A stretch of DNA of 64,000 nt from Myxococcales bacterium UBA1238 (GTDB lineage Bacteria; Myxococcota_A; Bradymonadia; UBA7976; UBA1532). The notes under the pieces were generated by a model that saw only the letters and a list, made by a program, of their open reading frames with translations, was not told where the DNA came from and made no database searches. Shown here piece after piece: positions 16,854-25,478 of the stretch (position 1 is the first letter of the stretch; every line of letters starts with the position of its first letter). The stretch covers positions 19,411 through 83,410 of the forward strand of contig DBWM01000043.1 in NCBI GenBank assembly GCA_002309015.1, read 5' to 3'. Made by a program: the position numbers and the translations under genes.

Positions 16854-19060
16854 TCCTTTTCGCTGCGGGCGAGCAGCTTTGCGACGATCGCTTCGGGGTT
16901 CATCGGCAGTTCATCGAGCACGATGCCGGTGGCGTCTTCAATGGCCTGAGCGACGGCGGCAGCGGGGCAATCGTGCGGCATTTCACCCATCCCTTTGGCG
17001 CCGAAGGGCCCGGATTCAAAGGGAATATTCTTTAAGTCGACCGACATGTCGGGGGCATCCAGGCTGGTGGGGATGATGTAGTCGGTGAGATGGTTGTTTC
17101 GCATGGCGCCGTTTTGGCCCACGATCACATGCTCGCTGTGCGACCAGCCCAGAGCCTGCAGCGCGCCGCCTTCAAACTGTCCGCGCACGGACTGCGGATT
17201 TAAGCAGACGCCCGCGTCGGCGCTTTGGAACAGACGACGGAAGAGGATTTCGCCGGTATCGAGATCAACGTCGAGATCGACCAGCACCGAAATCCAGGCG
17301 TAGTCGGGATAAGCGTCGCCCCGATATAAATCGCGATCCCAAACGGCGCTGTCGCCGGGATATTGGGCGCGCACGCGGAGCGGAGCGGTGTTTTGGCGGC
17401 GATCGACCATTTGTGCAAAGGTTTCGCCGTCGCTGGCGCCGATCTCGGCCTTGAGCGCTTCGATCAGGTTTTCGGCCGCTTTCTTGACGACGGCGCCCAC
17501 CACCATGGTCGATCGGCTGGCGGCGGTGGGGCCGCTGTTGGGCACCTGGGCGGTGTCGTGGGGGCCCATGTGAACGCGCTCGATGGGCAATCCCAGGGTG
17601 TCGGCGACGATGGCCGGAAACACGCTGTCGAGCCCTTGTCCCATGTCGATGGATCCGGTGAAAATGTAGACGTCACGGCCATTTAACTCGACGTCGGACT
17701 TGGCCTTGAAGATCGATTCGCCGTTGCCCGTAAAGCCTGCGCCGTGCCAGCCCACCACCATGCCGCGTCCGCGGGCGAGGCGGCGGGGGGTGTCGTCTGC
17801 GTTGCAGTCAAAATCGTCGCTGTCTTTGGGATGCTCGGCTGCAAAATCGAGGGCGCTCTTCCAGACGGCTTCGGCCAGAGGCGCCTTTAAAACCTGTCCC
17901 GTAGGCGTTTCCTGGCCCTGATGGAACAGGTTGATGTTGCGCAGCTCGATGGGATCAAAATGGAGCTCGCGGGCGATGCGGTCGAGATGGCGCTCGATGG
18001 CAAAGAGCGACTGGGGGGCACCAAAACCTCGGAAGGCGCCGTTGGGCGGCGTGTGGGTGGCGACCATTTCGCCGATGATATGCACGTTTGGGCAATAGTA
18101 AGGCCCCGCCGCATGGAGCACGCCGCGGCTGTTGACCACCGGTGAGAGCGTGTTGTAGGCGCCCGCATCAAAAAGCAGGCTGACGTCGATGGCGAGCAGT
18201 TTGCCCGTCTTGGGATCGACCGCCGTTTTGTAATGCGCCTTGCAGGGATGCCGTTTGGTGGTGGCGAGCAGATCCTCGTCGCGGCGGTAAATCATCTTGA
18301 CGGTCTGTCCCGACTTCATGCAGAGCAGCGCCGCATGTGCCGATAAAATCGAAGGATATTCCTCTTTTCCACCAAATGCGCCGCCGGTGGTGGTTTGAAC
18401 CACGTTGAACCGCTCATGCCCCAGAATGCGCCCGAGAGCGTTTTGGATGTAATAGGGGCATTGCATGGAGCCAAAAATCGTGATGCCGCCGTCTTCTCGC
18501 GGTTTGGCGCAAATCCCCTGGGGCTCTAAATAAAGCTGCTCCTGATGGCTGGTGTAATAGTCACCTTCGATGATGCATTCGGCGTTGGCAAAGGCAGCGT
18601 CGATGTCGCCATGCCGGATTTCGGCTTTTGCGAATACGTTGTTGTCGCCGAAGATCTTGATCTGATTGCCTTTTGATTGCTCAAAATCGAGCAGCGCCTC
18701 GCATTCTTCATAGCGCAGAGTCACATGCTTGCGCGCTTCCAAAGCCAGCTCGCGCGAGGGGGCCGCAAGGAGCGCAACGGGCTCCGCCACATGGCGAATT
18801 TCGTCTTTGACGAGCACCGGCTGATCGGGCGTGTTCAAAAAAACGCAGTTTTCGCCCGGGATGTCGTCTGCGGTTACAAAGGTGATGTTGCTCCAGTCGA
18901 AATCGGGATCGCGGTCGATGCCGATGAGCTTCGCGTGGGGTACGCTTGAGCGTATAGTGACGCCGTACCAGCAGTTTGCGATGGGGATGTCATCGAGATA
19001 GCGGGCTTGCCCCGTCACTTTGGCGGGACCATCGAGGCGCTGAAAATCTTGGCCTATCAT
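16850..19060 (-). CDS. Xanthine dehydrogenase-family molybdopterin-binding large (CoxL-like) subunit
   Basis: About 736 aa from MIGQDFQRLDG (ATG 19060); the track ORF runs to 19117. It has KVTGQARYLDD and GGAFGGK motifs. The substrate cannot be read from the sequence. Confidence 0.8.
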   Translation of the reverse strand: MIGQDFQRLDGPAKVTGQARYLDDIPIANCWYGVTIRSSVPHAKLIGIDRDPDFDWSNITFVTADDIPGENCVFLNTPDQPVLVKDEIRHVAEPVALLAAPSRELALEARKHVTLRYEECEALLDFEQSKGNQIKIFGDNNVFAKAEIRHGDIDAAFANAECIIEGDYYTSHQEQLYLEPQGICAKPREDGGITIFGSMQCPYYIQNALGRILGHERFNVVQTTTGGAFGGKEEYPSILSAHAALLCMKSGQTVKMIYRRDEDLLATTKRHPCKAHYKTAVDPKTGKLLAIDVSLLFDAGAYNTLSPVVNSRGVLHAAGPYYCPNVHIIGEMVATHTPPNGAFRGFGAPQSLFAIERHLDRIARELHFDPIELRNINLFHQGQETPTGQVLKAPLAEAVWKSALDFAAEHPKDSDDFDCNADDTPRRLARGRGMVVGWHGAGFTGNGESIFKAKSDVELNGRDVYIFTGSIDMGQGLDSVFPAIVADTLGLPIERVHMGPHDTAQVPNSGPTAASRSTMVVGAVVKKAAENLIEALKAEIGASDGETFAQMVDRRQNTAPLRVRAQYPGDSAVWDRDLYRGDAYPDYAWISVLVDLDVDLDTGEILFRRLFQSADAGVCLNPQSVRGQFEGGALQALGWSHSEHVIVGQNGAMRNNHLTDYIIPTSLDAPDMSVDLKNIPFESGPFGAKGMGEMPHDCPAAAVAQAIEDATGIVLDELPMNPEAIVAKLLARSEKE

Positions 19061-19213
19061 GGCGCGGCTCCTGCAAACAAAGGGAGTGTAGATTAACAGT
19101 CTGGTCAAATGACTCAAGCAAGGATTTACAACTTGTTGAAAATAAAGTCATTTTTTTGCTCTGGACGGCTTTTGAAGCGCTTTTGAGCTTTAAAGAAAAC
19201 AGCGAGGGCGGAT

Positions 19214-19804
19214 TTGAAGCGATCGACTTGCAGTGGCTTGATTTTGGCAGGCGGGCGATCCTCGCGCATGGGACAGACGAAGGCGCTGCTGCCGTTCAAA
19301 AAACAAACGTTTTTGGGGCATCTGGTGTCGGTTTTTCAGGCGGCGGGCATCGACGAGATCGTGGCGGTGGGCGGTGCGGATTACGAAAAGATCGCGCAGG
19401 CAGTGCCGGAAGGCTGCCGTCTGGTCAGGGCGGAGGACTGGGCGCTGGGCATGCGGGCGAGTTTGCGGGCGGGTTTGCGGGCGCTGCCTTTGGGACCGGT
19501 GCTGCTCACCCATGTGGATCGCCCTTCGGTATCGGTGAAAACGATCGAAAAACTGTTGCGCTGCAATGAGTTAAACGATTCGAGCCCGCGCATTCCCTGC
19601 TTTCGGGGCGAGACCGGGCATCCCGTTTATTTGCCTGCGGCGCTGAGATCGCGGCTTTTGGAACCGGACGATCGCCCGCTGAATCAAATTCTTGAGGAAT
19701 ATTCGCCGGTTATGGTGGAAGTAGAGGATGCGGACGTGCTTTTGAACATCAACACGCCCGAAGACTGGCGGGCGCTTTGCGAGCGGGAAGGCTCAGCCGA
19801 TTAA
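19214..19804 (+). CDS. MocA-like molybdenum cofactor cytidylyltransferase (NTP_transf_3)
   Basis: 196 aa with LILAGGRSSRMG. It is divergent from the Mo-hydroxylase operon, and its 3' end overlaps the convergent apbC by 12 nt. Confidence 0.7.
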   Translation: MKRSTCSGLILAGGRSSRMGQTKALLPFKKQTFLGHLVSVFQAAGIDEIVAVGGADYEKIAQAVPEGCRLVRAEDWALGMRASLRAGLRALPLGPVLLTHVDRPSVSVKTIEKLLRCNELNDSSPRIPCFRGETGHPVYLPAALRSRLLEPDDRPLNQILEEYSPVMVEVEDADVLLNINTPEDWRALCEREGSAD

Positions 19805-20842
19805 AGTTTCGGCCAGCTTCAAAAAGGCTTGTGATTGCGGTGAGTTGGGGGCGCTCAGGACGATCGGTTTGCCCTCATCTCCGCCGCGCTGCACCGCATC
19901 GTCGAGGGGAATCTGAGCCAAAAGCGGCGTTTCCAGACGCGCGGCCACCTCTGCGGTTCCGCCACCGTTAAACGGCTCGCTCTGATGCCCGCATTTGGGG
20001 CAAATGTAGAAGCTCATGTTTTCGACAAAACCGAGGACCGGGACGTCCACTTTGCGGAACATCTGCAGGCCCTTGATGGCGTCGATGAGCGCAAGGCGTC
20101 CGGGCGTGGTGACGATGATGGCGCCCGAGAGCGGCACCGTTTGCGTGAGCGTGAGCTGAATATCGCCCGTCCCAGGCGGCATATCGAGGATCAGAAAATC
20201 GAGCTCGCCCCATTGGATGTCGTTGGTAAACTGAGTGACCATGCCCGCGACCATGGGACCGCGCCAGATGACCGGCGTTTCGGCGTCCACCAGAAAACCG
20301 AGCGACATGACCTTGAGCCCGCTGGCTTCTAATGGCTCGATTTCATTGGCATTCTTGGCTTTTAGACGGTGATCGGCGATGCCGAGCTGCGTGGGCAGAG
20401 AGGGACCGTAAATATCGAGATCGCAGACACCTACGCGCTTTCCCTTGGCTGCGAGGGCGAGGGCGAGGTTGAGGGCGATGGTCGATTTGCCGACGCCGCC
20501 TTTTCCGCTGGCGACGGCGATGATCTGCTTCACATTTTCGAGTCCCGAGCGCTTGGGTTCAGGCTCTGATTTGGGCGCCTGGGCTGCGGGGGCATCACCG
20601 GGTTGCGGCATATCGTCGGCGAGCGTATCTATGATCACATCTTCGATGCCGGTCGATTTGAGCGCCTGTTTAACCTGCGCCTCTGCGGCGTGACGGGTCT
20701 TGCGTTCGATGGGTTTGAAGTGCAGGCTGAGGATGATCGCATCTTCTTCTTTTTGAATGCCATCGATGGAAGCGATGTTCGAGAGCGGCTTTCCCTCAAA
20801 AGTGATTTTCGATATAAAATCGCGCAATTCTTGTTCGTTCAT
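19793..20842 (-). CDS. apbC: Mrp/NBP35-family Fe-S cluster carrier ATPase (ApbC)
   Basis: Deviant Walker A motif SGKGGVGKST, a CPKCGH pair and an N-terminal DUF59-like region. The likely start is MNEQELRDF at 20842, after AGGAG; the track ORF runs to 20908. Confidence 0.85.
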   Translation of the reverse strand: MNEQELRDFISKITFEGKPLSNIASIDGIQKEEDAIILSLHFKPIERKTRHAAEAQVKQALKSTGIEDVIIDTLADDMPQPGDAPAAQAPKSEPEPKRSGLENVKQIIAVASGKGGVGKSTIALNLALALAAKGKRVGVCDLDIYGPSLPTQLGIADHRLKAKNANEIEPLEASGLKVMSLGFLVDAETPVIWRGPMVAGMVTQFTNDIQWGELDFLILDMPPGTGDIQLTLTQTVPLSGAIIVTTPGRLALIDAIKGLQMFRKVDVPVLGFVENMSFYICPKCGHQSEPFNGGGTAEVAARLETPLLAQIPLDDAVQRGGDEGKPIVLSAPNSPQSQAFLKLAETLIG

Positions 20843-20961
20843 CGTGACTCCTGGCCCTTGGCCCGATGCCTGGCACGTGGGGATGCCACGTTCACTTGTT
20901 TGGGTCAATGGGGGTGTGATTTGATTTGTCTTTGGTGGACTTAACTCAAGGAGTTGGGGTT

Positions 20962-21660
20962 ATGTTTAAGCGACTGGGTGAGGTGCTCGTCGATCAGGGC
21001 GTGCTCGATAAGCAGACGCTTCAGCAGGCATTGGCCGCCGCCGCCGTTTCAGGACGCCGTATTGGTGAATTTTTAATCGAAAAAGGGTTTTGCACTGAGC
21101 AGGCGATTCGGACCGCATTGGCCAAGCAGCTGGGCCTGGACGAAGTTTCGCTGGAACAGCTGGGCGCCATTCCGCCTGAGGTTTTGAGCCTGATTCCCGA
21201 TGAACTGGCGATCGTGCACCAGATCCTGCCTCTGAGAATCGACGAAAATTCGGGTTTTCTCGAAATCGCGATGGCCGATCCGGCGGATCAGGATTTGCTG
21301 GACGAGCTGAGATTTCGGACGGGACACGACATCAGGCCTCTGGTCGCTTTGCCTTCGGAGCTTTCGCTCTCGATCGAGCGGTATTATCGCTACCCCAGCG
21401 GTGCAGAGGCGGTCCAGCGTTCCAAATCCCGCGAGATGGAGTTTGCAGGCGATGCGCGGAATCGCCCCGAAAACCAGGAAATCTTAAATTTACGCTTACA
21501 AATTCAGAACTTACAGAATCAGCTGACCGTGCAGTCCGAGGCGATCCACGAGATGTGGGTGTCCCAGCGCATCCTGATTCAGCTTTTGACCGAAGCGGGG
21601 CAATTCGATCGCGAAAAATGGTCGCGACTCGTCGAGCAGGAATTGCGTCCCAACTTGTGA
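20962..21660 (+). CDS. Standalone T2SSE_N / MshEN-domain protein (predicted c-di-GMP receptor) with a C-terminal coiled coil
   Basis: ATG 20962 lies 8 nt after AAGGAG. Residues 4-56 carry a tandem 24-aa MshEN motif (RLGEVLVDQGVLDKQTLQQALAAA, spacer AVSGR, RIGEFLIEKGFCTEQAIRTALAKQ). There is no ATPase domain. Confidence 0.7.
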   Translation: MFKRLGEVLVDQGVLDKQTLQQALAAAAVSGRRIGEFLIEKGFCTEQAIRTALAKQLGLDEVSLEQLGAIPPEVLSLIPDELAIVHQILPLRIDENSGFLEIAMADPADQDLLDELRFRTGHDIRPLVALPSELSLSIERYYRYPSGAEAVQRSKSREMEFAGDARNRPENQEILNLRLQIQNLQNQLTVQSEAIHEMWVSQRILIQLLTEAGQFDREKWSRLVEQELRPNL

Positions 21661-21881
21661 GTTTTGTGCGAACGATGCCCGATGAGCGGAGTTAAATTTG
21701 CGATTTTGTGAGTGCAAGTCTTTGGAACTTAAGCACAGCGATTTTGATTTGAGATAAAAGTTTGCGCCTCTTTTGCGCCTGGCCTATACAGAGCTTGTGG
21801 TTCGCGAAAATGTGGCCGGTCGATTTGCAAGGACGAGGCGCGAGCTTGACATCTGTGGTTTCGACCCAAAGTGAGGTCGCG

Positions 21882-22253
21882 GTGAAGAAAAAAGAGGAAA
21901 CATTCGCGCCGACCGTAGTGGTGGCGGAGGGACTTTCGGCAACAGCCAGCGACGTTGAAGCCGCAGGTTCGCCGAAAGTTTTTGAGGCGGGAATTCAAAC
22001 TGAAGGGGCCGTTCAAAGGTTTGACACAGAGTCCTTTAGCGCCGAAGAGGAAAGGGTTTTGAGGATGCGCTATGGTGTAACTCTTGAACCTGGGGCTGTT
22101 TTGGGGAGCAAGTTGGATAGTTTGGATCCCAGGCATCTTGAAGAAGTGCAGGCGAAACTGATCTTAATAGAAGCTCAGGTGCGCGCTTACGTGGCTGAAT
22201 CGCAGGATGCGCGAAAGCAGCATATCATCGACGCATTGAAGTCAAAAGACTAA
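21882..22253 (+). CDS. Hypothetical protein with a sigma-70 region-4.1-like segment
   Basis: The track ORF is 21762..22253. GTG 21882 is preceded by GAGG, but the start is uncertain. It contains EEERVLRMRYGV...LEEVQAKLILIEAQVRAY. It lies upstream of yhbY-tsaC on the same strand. Confidence 0.4.
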   Translation: MKKKEETFAPTVVVAEGLSATASDVEAAGSPKVFEAGIQTEGAVQRFDTESFSAEEERVLRMRYGVTLEPGAVLGSKLDSLDPRHLEEVQAKLILIEAQVRAYVAESQDARKQHIIDALKSKD

Positions 22254-22353
22254 CCTTCTGCGCCCCACCTCTTCTCTCTTCATCCCTTCCTGAAACCTTG
22301 TGTTATGCGCGTCCAGCGTGCATGATGCGCGCCTCATTTTTTTAGGAGCCTTC

Positions 22354-22716
22354 ATGTCGGAGCCACAAGAAAACGATTTCTCAAAAATCGCCTTAAAATT
22401 CCCGCAGTTAACTGGTAGCGACAGGCGTGCGCTGCGCGCTGCCGGGCATCATTTAAACCCCATGGTGATGGTGGGCCGTCTGGGCGTGACCGATGCGGTG
22501 ATCGAGGCCACCGATGAAGCCTTGCAAACCCATGAATTAATTAAGGTTTCTGTTTCTGGGGATGCCCCTGATTCGCGCAAGGATGCGCCCCAGATTCTGG
22601 CCGAGGCGACGGGCAGCCTCGTGGTTCAAATCATCGGCCGCACTTGCCTTCTGTATCGGCCCAGGCGCGAAGAATCTCCTGAAAACAAAGAAGAAACGGG
22701 CGGGGAAAACGGATGA
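22354..22716 (+). CDS. yhbY: YhbY/CRS1-family RNA-binding (ribosome assembly) protein
   Basis: LTGSDRRALRAAGHHLNPMVMVGRLGVTDAVIEATDEALQTHELIKV matches the CRM-domain pattern. ATG 22354 follows TAGGAG. Confidence 0.8.
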   Translation: MSEPQENDFSKIALKFPQLTGSDRRALRAAGHHLNPMVMVGRLGVTDAVIEATDEALQTHELIKVSVSGDAPDSRKDAPQILAEATGSLVVQIIGRTCLLYRPRREESPENKEETGGENG

Positions 22717-23324
22717 TTCTGCAAATGGATGGCGAGCATCCCACGCCGCATCGCATGGAGCGGGTGCTCACGTTTTTAAAAGATGACGGCGTCATCGCGC
22801 TGCCCACCGACACCACGTACGCTTTAGCCTGCCTGCCCAACAACAAGACGGCCGTAGACAAGATGCGCGCGCTGCGCCGCCTGGATCCCAAAAAGAATCT
22901 GTCGCTGGTCTTTTCGGATTTCAGCCAGCTCAGTCAATATGCCCTCGTCGATAACGAAACTTACCGGATTTTAAAGGAATTTCTTCCAGGACCTGTAACT
23001 TTTATTCTCGAAGCGAGTCGCAATCTGCCTCGGCTGATCGGCGATAAGCGCAAGCGATTTGGCGTTCGTATGCCGAAGTCGCCCTTCATCACCGCGCTGG
23101 TCGAAGCGCTTCAGACGCCCCTCGCGGTCACCTCGGCGATCGATCCTGAAACGGGCGATGTGGCCAACGATCCCTGGACGGTAGAAGAGTTTTTTGGTCA
23201 CGGACTGGCGGCGGTCGTCGATGCGGGCGATGTGCCGGGCGAGTTTTCGTCGGTGGTCGATTTGAGCAACGGCGAGCCGCAGGTTTTGCGCGAAGGTTTG
23301 GGCGACGTGAGCGCCCTGATGTAG
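22713..23324 (+). CDS. tsaC: L-threonylcarbamoyladenylate synthase (TsaC/YrdC family)
   Basis: 203 aa with ALPTDTTYALAC and FGVRMP motifs. ATGA overlap with yhbY. Confidence 0.8.
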   Translation: MILQMDGEHPTPHRMERVLTFLKDDGVIALPTDTTYALACLPNNKTAVDKMRALRRLDPKKNLSLVFSDFSQLSQYALVDNETYRILKEFLPGPVTFILEASRNLPRLIGDKRKRFGVRMPKSPFITALVEALQTPLAVTSAIDPETGDVANDPWTVEEFFGHGLAAVVDAGDVPGEFSSVVDLSNGEPQVLREGLGDVSALM

Positions 23325-23359
23325 GCCGTGGAGCCTTTTGATTTTCGGGCGTGAGATAC

Positions 23360-23393
23360 AAAAAAAGCTGAAGCCTTTCGACCTCAGCTTTTG
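23360..23393. terminator. Bidirectional intrinsic terminator between tsaC (+) and tRNA-Pro (-)
   Basis: A7-GCTGAAG-CCTTTCGAC-CTCAGC-TTTT: a stem of ~7-8 bp with one mismatch near the loop. It is flanked by an A-run (a T-run on the minus strand) and a T-run. Confidence 0.6.
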
Positions 23394-23467
23394 TCGGGGT
23401 GAGAGGATTTGAACCTCCGACTCCTTGCTCCCGAAGCAAGTGCGCTACCAGACTGCGCTACACCCCG
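23394..23467 (-). tRNA. tRNA-Pro (anticodon CGG)
   Basis: The minus-strand sequence CGGGGTG-TA-GCGC-AGTCTGGTA-GCGC-A-CTTGC-TTCGGGA-GCAAG-GAGTC-GGAGG-TTCAAAT-CCTCT-CACCCCG-A folds as a full cloverleaf of 74 nt. CCA is not encoded. Confidence 0.9.
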
Positions 23468-24147
23468 GTTTCTCGCTGTTTGATGCCTCTCTGAGCTTCG
23501 GCGCGAATCGCTGCAATCGCTGATTCGTAACTTGGAGCCCCAAAAACCGCAGAGCCTGCAACCAGAACATCTGCGCCCGCAAGGGCAACATCAAAAGCGG
23601 TGGCGGCATTTACACCACCATCGACCTCGATGTCAATCTTTTTTGACACGTGGCTCAGTTTGTCGCGTAATTCTCTGATTTTATTTAAACTTTGCGGAAT
23701 AAACTTTTGGCCTCCGAAGCCGGGATTGACGGTCATGAGGAGTACGAGATCGATGTCTTCGAGGACATAATCGAGGACGCTGAGCGGGGTGTGCGGGTTT
23801 AAGCTGACGCCCACATGCGCGCCGGTCTGCCGAACCACCTGGATGCTGCGGTGCAAATGGCGCGTGGCCTCTGCGTGGATGGTGATCACGTCGGCGCCCG
23901 CCTTGCGAAATTGGGGCGCATATTGATCGGGATCCTCGATCATCAGATGGACATCAAAGCAGAGCTTGGTCGCTTCTCTCGCATCGGCAACGAATTTGGG
24001 ACCAAACGTGATATTCGGCACAAAATGGCCATCCATCACGTCGAGATGGATCCAATCGGCGCCGGCGGCGGTGACCGCGCGGATTTCGTCGCCGAGGCGG
24101 CTGAAGTTGGCGGAGAGGACGGATGGGGCGATGAAAGGTGCGTTCAC
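23458..24147 (-). CDS. rpe: Ribulose-phosphate 3-epimerase
   Basis: 229 aa with HLDVMDGHFVPN and the (M/V)TVNPGFGGQKF motif. Its last 10 nt, including the TAG stop, lie inside the tRNA-Pro. Confidence 0.9.
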   Translation of the reverse strand: MNAPFIAPSVLSANFSRLGDEIRAVTAAGADWIHLDVMDGHFVPNITFGPKFVADAREATKLCFDVHLMIEDPDQYAPQFRKAGADVITIHAEATRHLHRSIQVVRQTGAHVGVSLNPHTPLSVLDYVLEDIDLVLLMTVNPGFGGQKFIPQSLNKIRELRDKLSHVSKKIDIEVDGGVNAATAFDVALAGADVLVAGSAVFGAPSYESAIAAIRAEAQRGIKQRETGV

Positions 24148-25478
24148 GGGATCTCCTTACGGCGCAGGCGGGCGGCAAAAAAACTGTCGGTACCGTCGCG
24201 CATTGCGCTCGGAGTGAGCATGCGGTTTTGGATCATTTGAGCCCAGCGTTGCTCCAGATGCGGGGGCATTTCAAGCTCAAAGTCTTCGTTTTTGCTTAAG
24301 AATTCCTCGATGACTGAGGGGCCTTCTTCGGGTGTGTCGCTGCAGACGCTGTAAACCAGAACGCCGCCGGGTTTTAGGCTTTGCGCGCATTGCTGCAGGA
24401 TTCGGCCTTGCCTTGCGGCGCAGGCTTCGATGTCTTTGGGGACCCTGCGCCAGCGGATTTCGGGATGCCTTCTTAAAATGCCGAGCCCGGTGCAGGGCGC
24501 GTCCACCAGAATGCGATCGAAGGTTTGATCGATCGGCGTTTCGGCGTCGTGGCAGCAGGTTTGAACGCCGGTGAGCGAGGCCAGTTCCTTCTTTAAGCGC
24601 TCAGCCCTTGCGGGATGCGCGTCGCTCGCCAAAAGATGCCCCGAGCCCTTCATCAATCGCCAGATATAGCGGCTCTTGCCACCGGGAGCTGCACAGGAAT
24701 CCCAAATATTTTCGCCAGGTTGCGGGTCAAGCAGCAGAACCACCAGCTGCGAGGCTTCGTCCTGCACGCGCCATAAACCTTCTTTGAACGAAGGCAGCGC
24801 AAAGGGCGTTTCATGCAGGATTTCGAGCGCTTCCCAGGCAAACGGGCGGGGTTCTGTCCGGGCGCCTTCTGATTTGAGTAAATCTGCAAGATGGTCGCGA
24901 TCGAGTTCAAAGGGCTCGGGGCGCAGGATTAACGCGGCATGCTCGTTGTTTGATTTTAGCCGTGAAAGCGTCGCTTCCAAGCCATATTGCGCGATCCACC
25001 TGCGGATCATCCAGCTCGGGTGGCTGTGGCGGACGGCCAGGCTTCTGACGCTGTCATCGTCGGGTAACTGCTCGCCCTGCCTTAGAAAATGGCGCAGGAC
25101 GCCGTTGACCACTTTGGTTGCGCCTTCGTTTAACCAGGCCCGGCTTTGCTCCACCGCTTCGTGCACCACCGCCCGCGCGGGGATGCGATCCAAAAAGAGG
25201 AGCTGGTAGAGCGCGATGCGAAGGATGTTGAGCAGGCGCGGATCCGCCTTTTGGATACCCCGTAAGAGCAGCTGCCCCAATGTAAAATCGAGCCTCGAAC
25301 GCCAGCGGACGGCCCCCATGGCGAGCTCCAGCGCGAGCCTCCGATCGCGCGGTTCCAGGTGAGCGCGCTGAGCCAGACTCTCGAGATAAGGCTGCAGATA
25401 GGCGTCCTCGTCCTCGAGGCCCAAAAGGACCTGCAATGCGACGTCGCGGGCAGAACTGAGGGGCTTTTTGGGATTCAA
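24144..25478 (-). CDS. rsmB: 16S rRNA (cytosine967-C5)-methyltransferase RsmB (Sun)
   Basis: 444 aa with an N-terminal NusB-like domain and the motifs DSCAAPGGKS, DAPCTGLGILRRHPE and YSVCS. Confidence 0.85.
   Translation of the reverse strand: MNPKKPLSSARDVALQVLLGLEDEDAYLQPYLESLAQRAHLEPRDRRLALELAMGAVRWRSRLDFTLGQLLLRGIQKADPRLLNILRIALYQLLFLDRIPARAVVHEAVEQSRAWLNEGATKVVNGVLRHFLRQGEQLPDDDSVRSLAVRHSHPSWMIRRWIAQYGLEATLSRLKSNNEHAALILRPEPFELDRDHLADLLKSEGARTEPRPFAWEALEILHETPFALPSFKEGLWRVQDEASQLVVLLLDPQPGENIWDSCAAPGGKSRYIWRLMKGSGHLLASDAHPARAERLKKELASLTGVQTCCHDAETPIDQTFDRILVDAPCTGLGILRRHPEIRWRRVPKDIEACAARQGRILQQCAQSLKPGGVLVYSVCSDTPEEGPSVIEEFLSKNEDFELEMPPHLEQRWAQMIQNRMLTPSAMRDGTDSFFAARLRRKEIP

Noticed and set aside
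20871-20886. A sigma-54-like promoter, TGGCACG-TGGGG-ATGC, in the apbC/MshEN divergent intergenic region, ~76 nt upstream of the MshEN-gene ATG
   Set aside because: The GG-to-GC spacing is 11 nt rather than the near-invariant 10, and the -12 element reads ATGC rather than TTGC. No enhancer-binding-protein gene is nearby. It is worth a look only if transcription start site data point here.
23360-23467. tRNA-Pro as an integration hotspot or genomic-island boundary
   Set aside because: I found no integrase, no direct repeat of the tRNA 3' end and no compositional break. Both flanks are core housekeeping genes.
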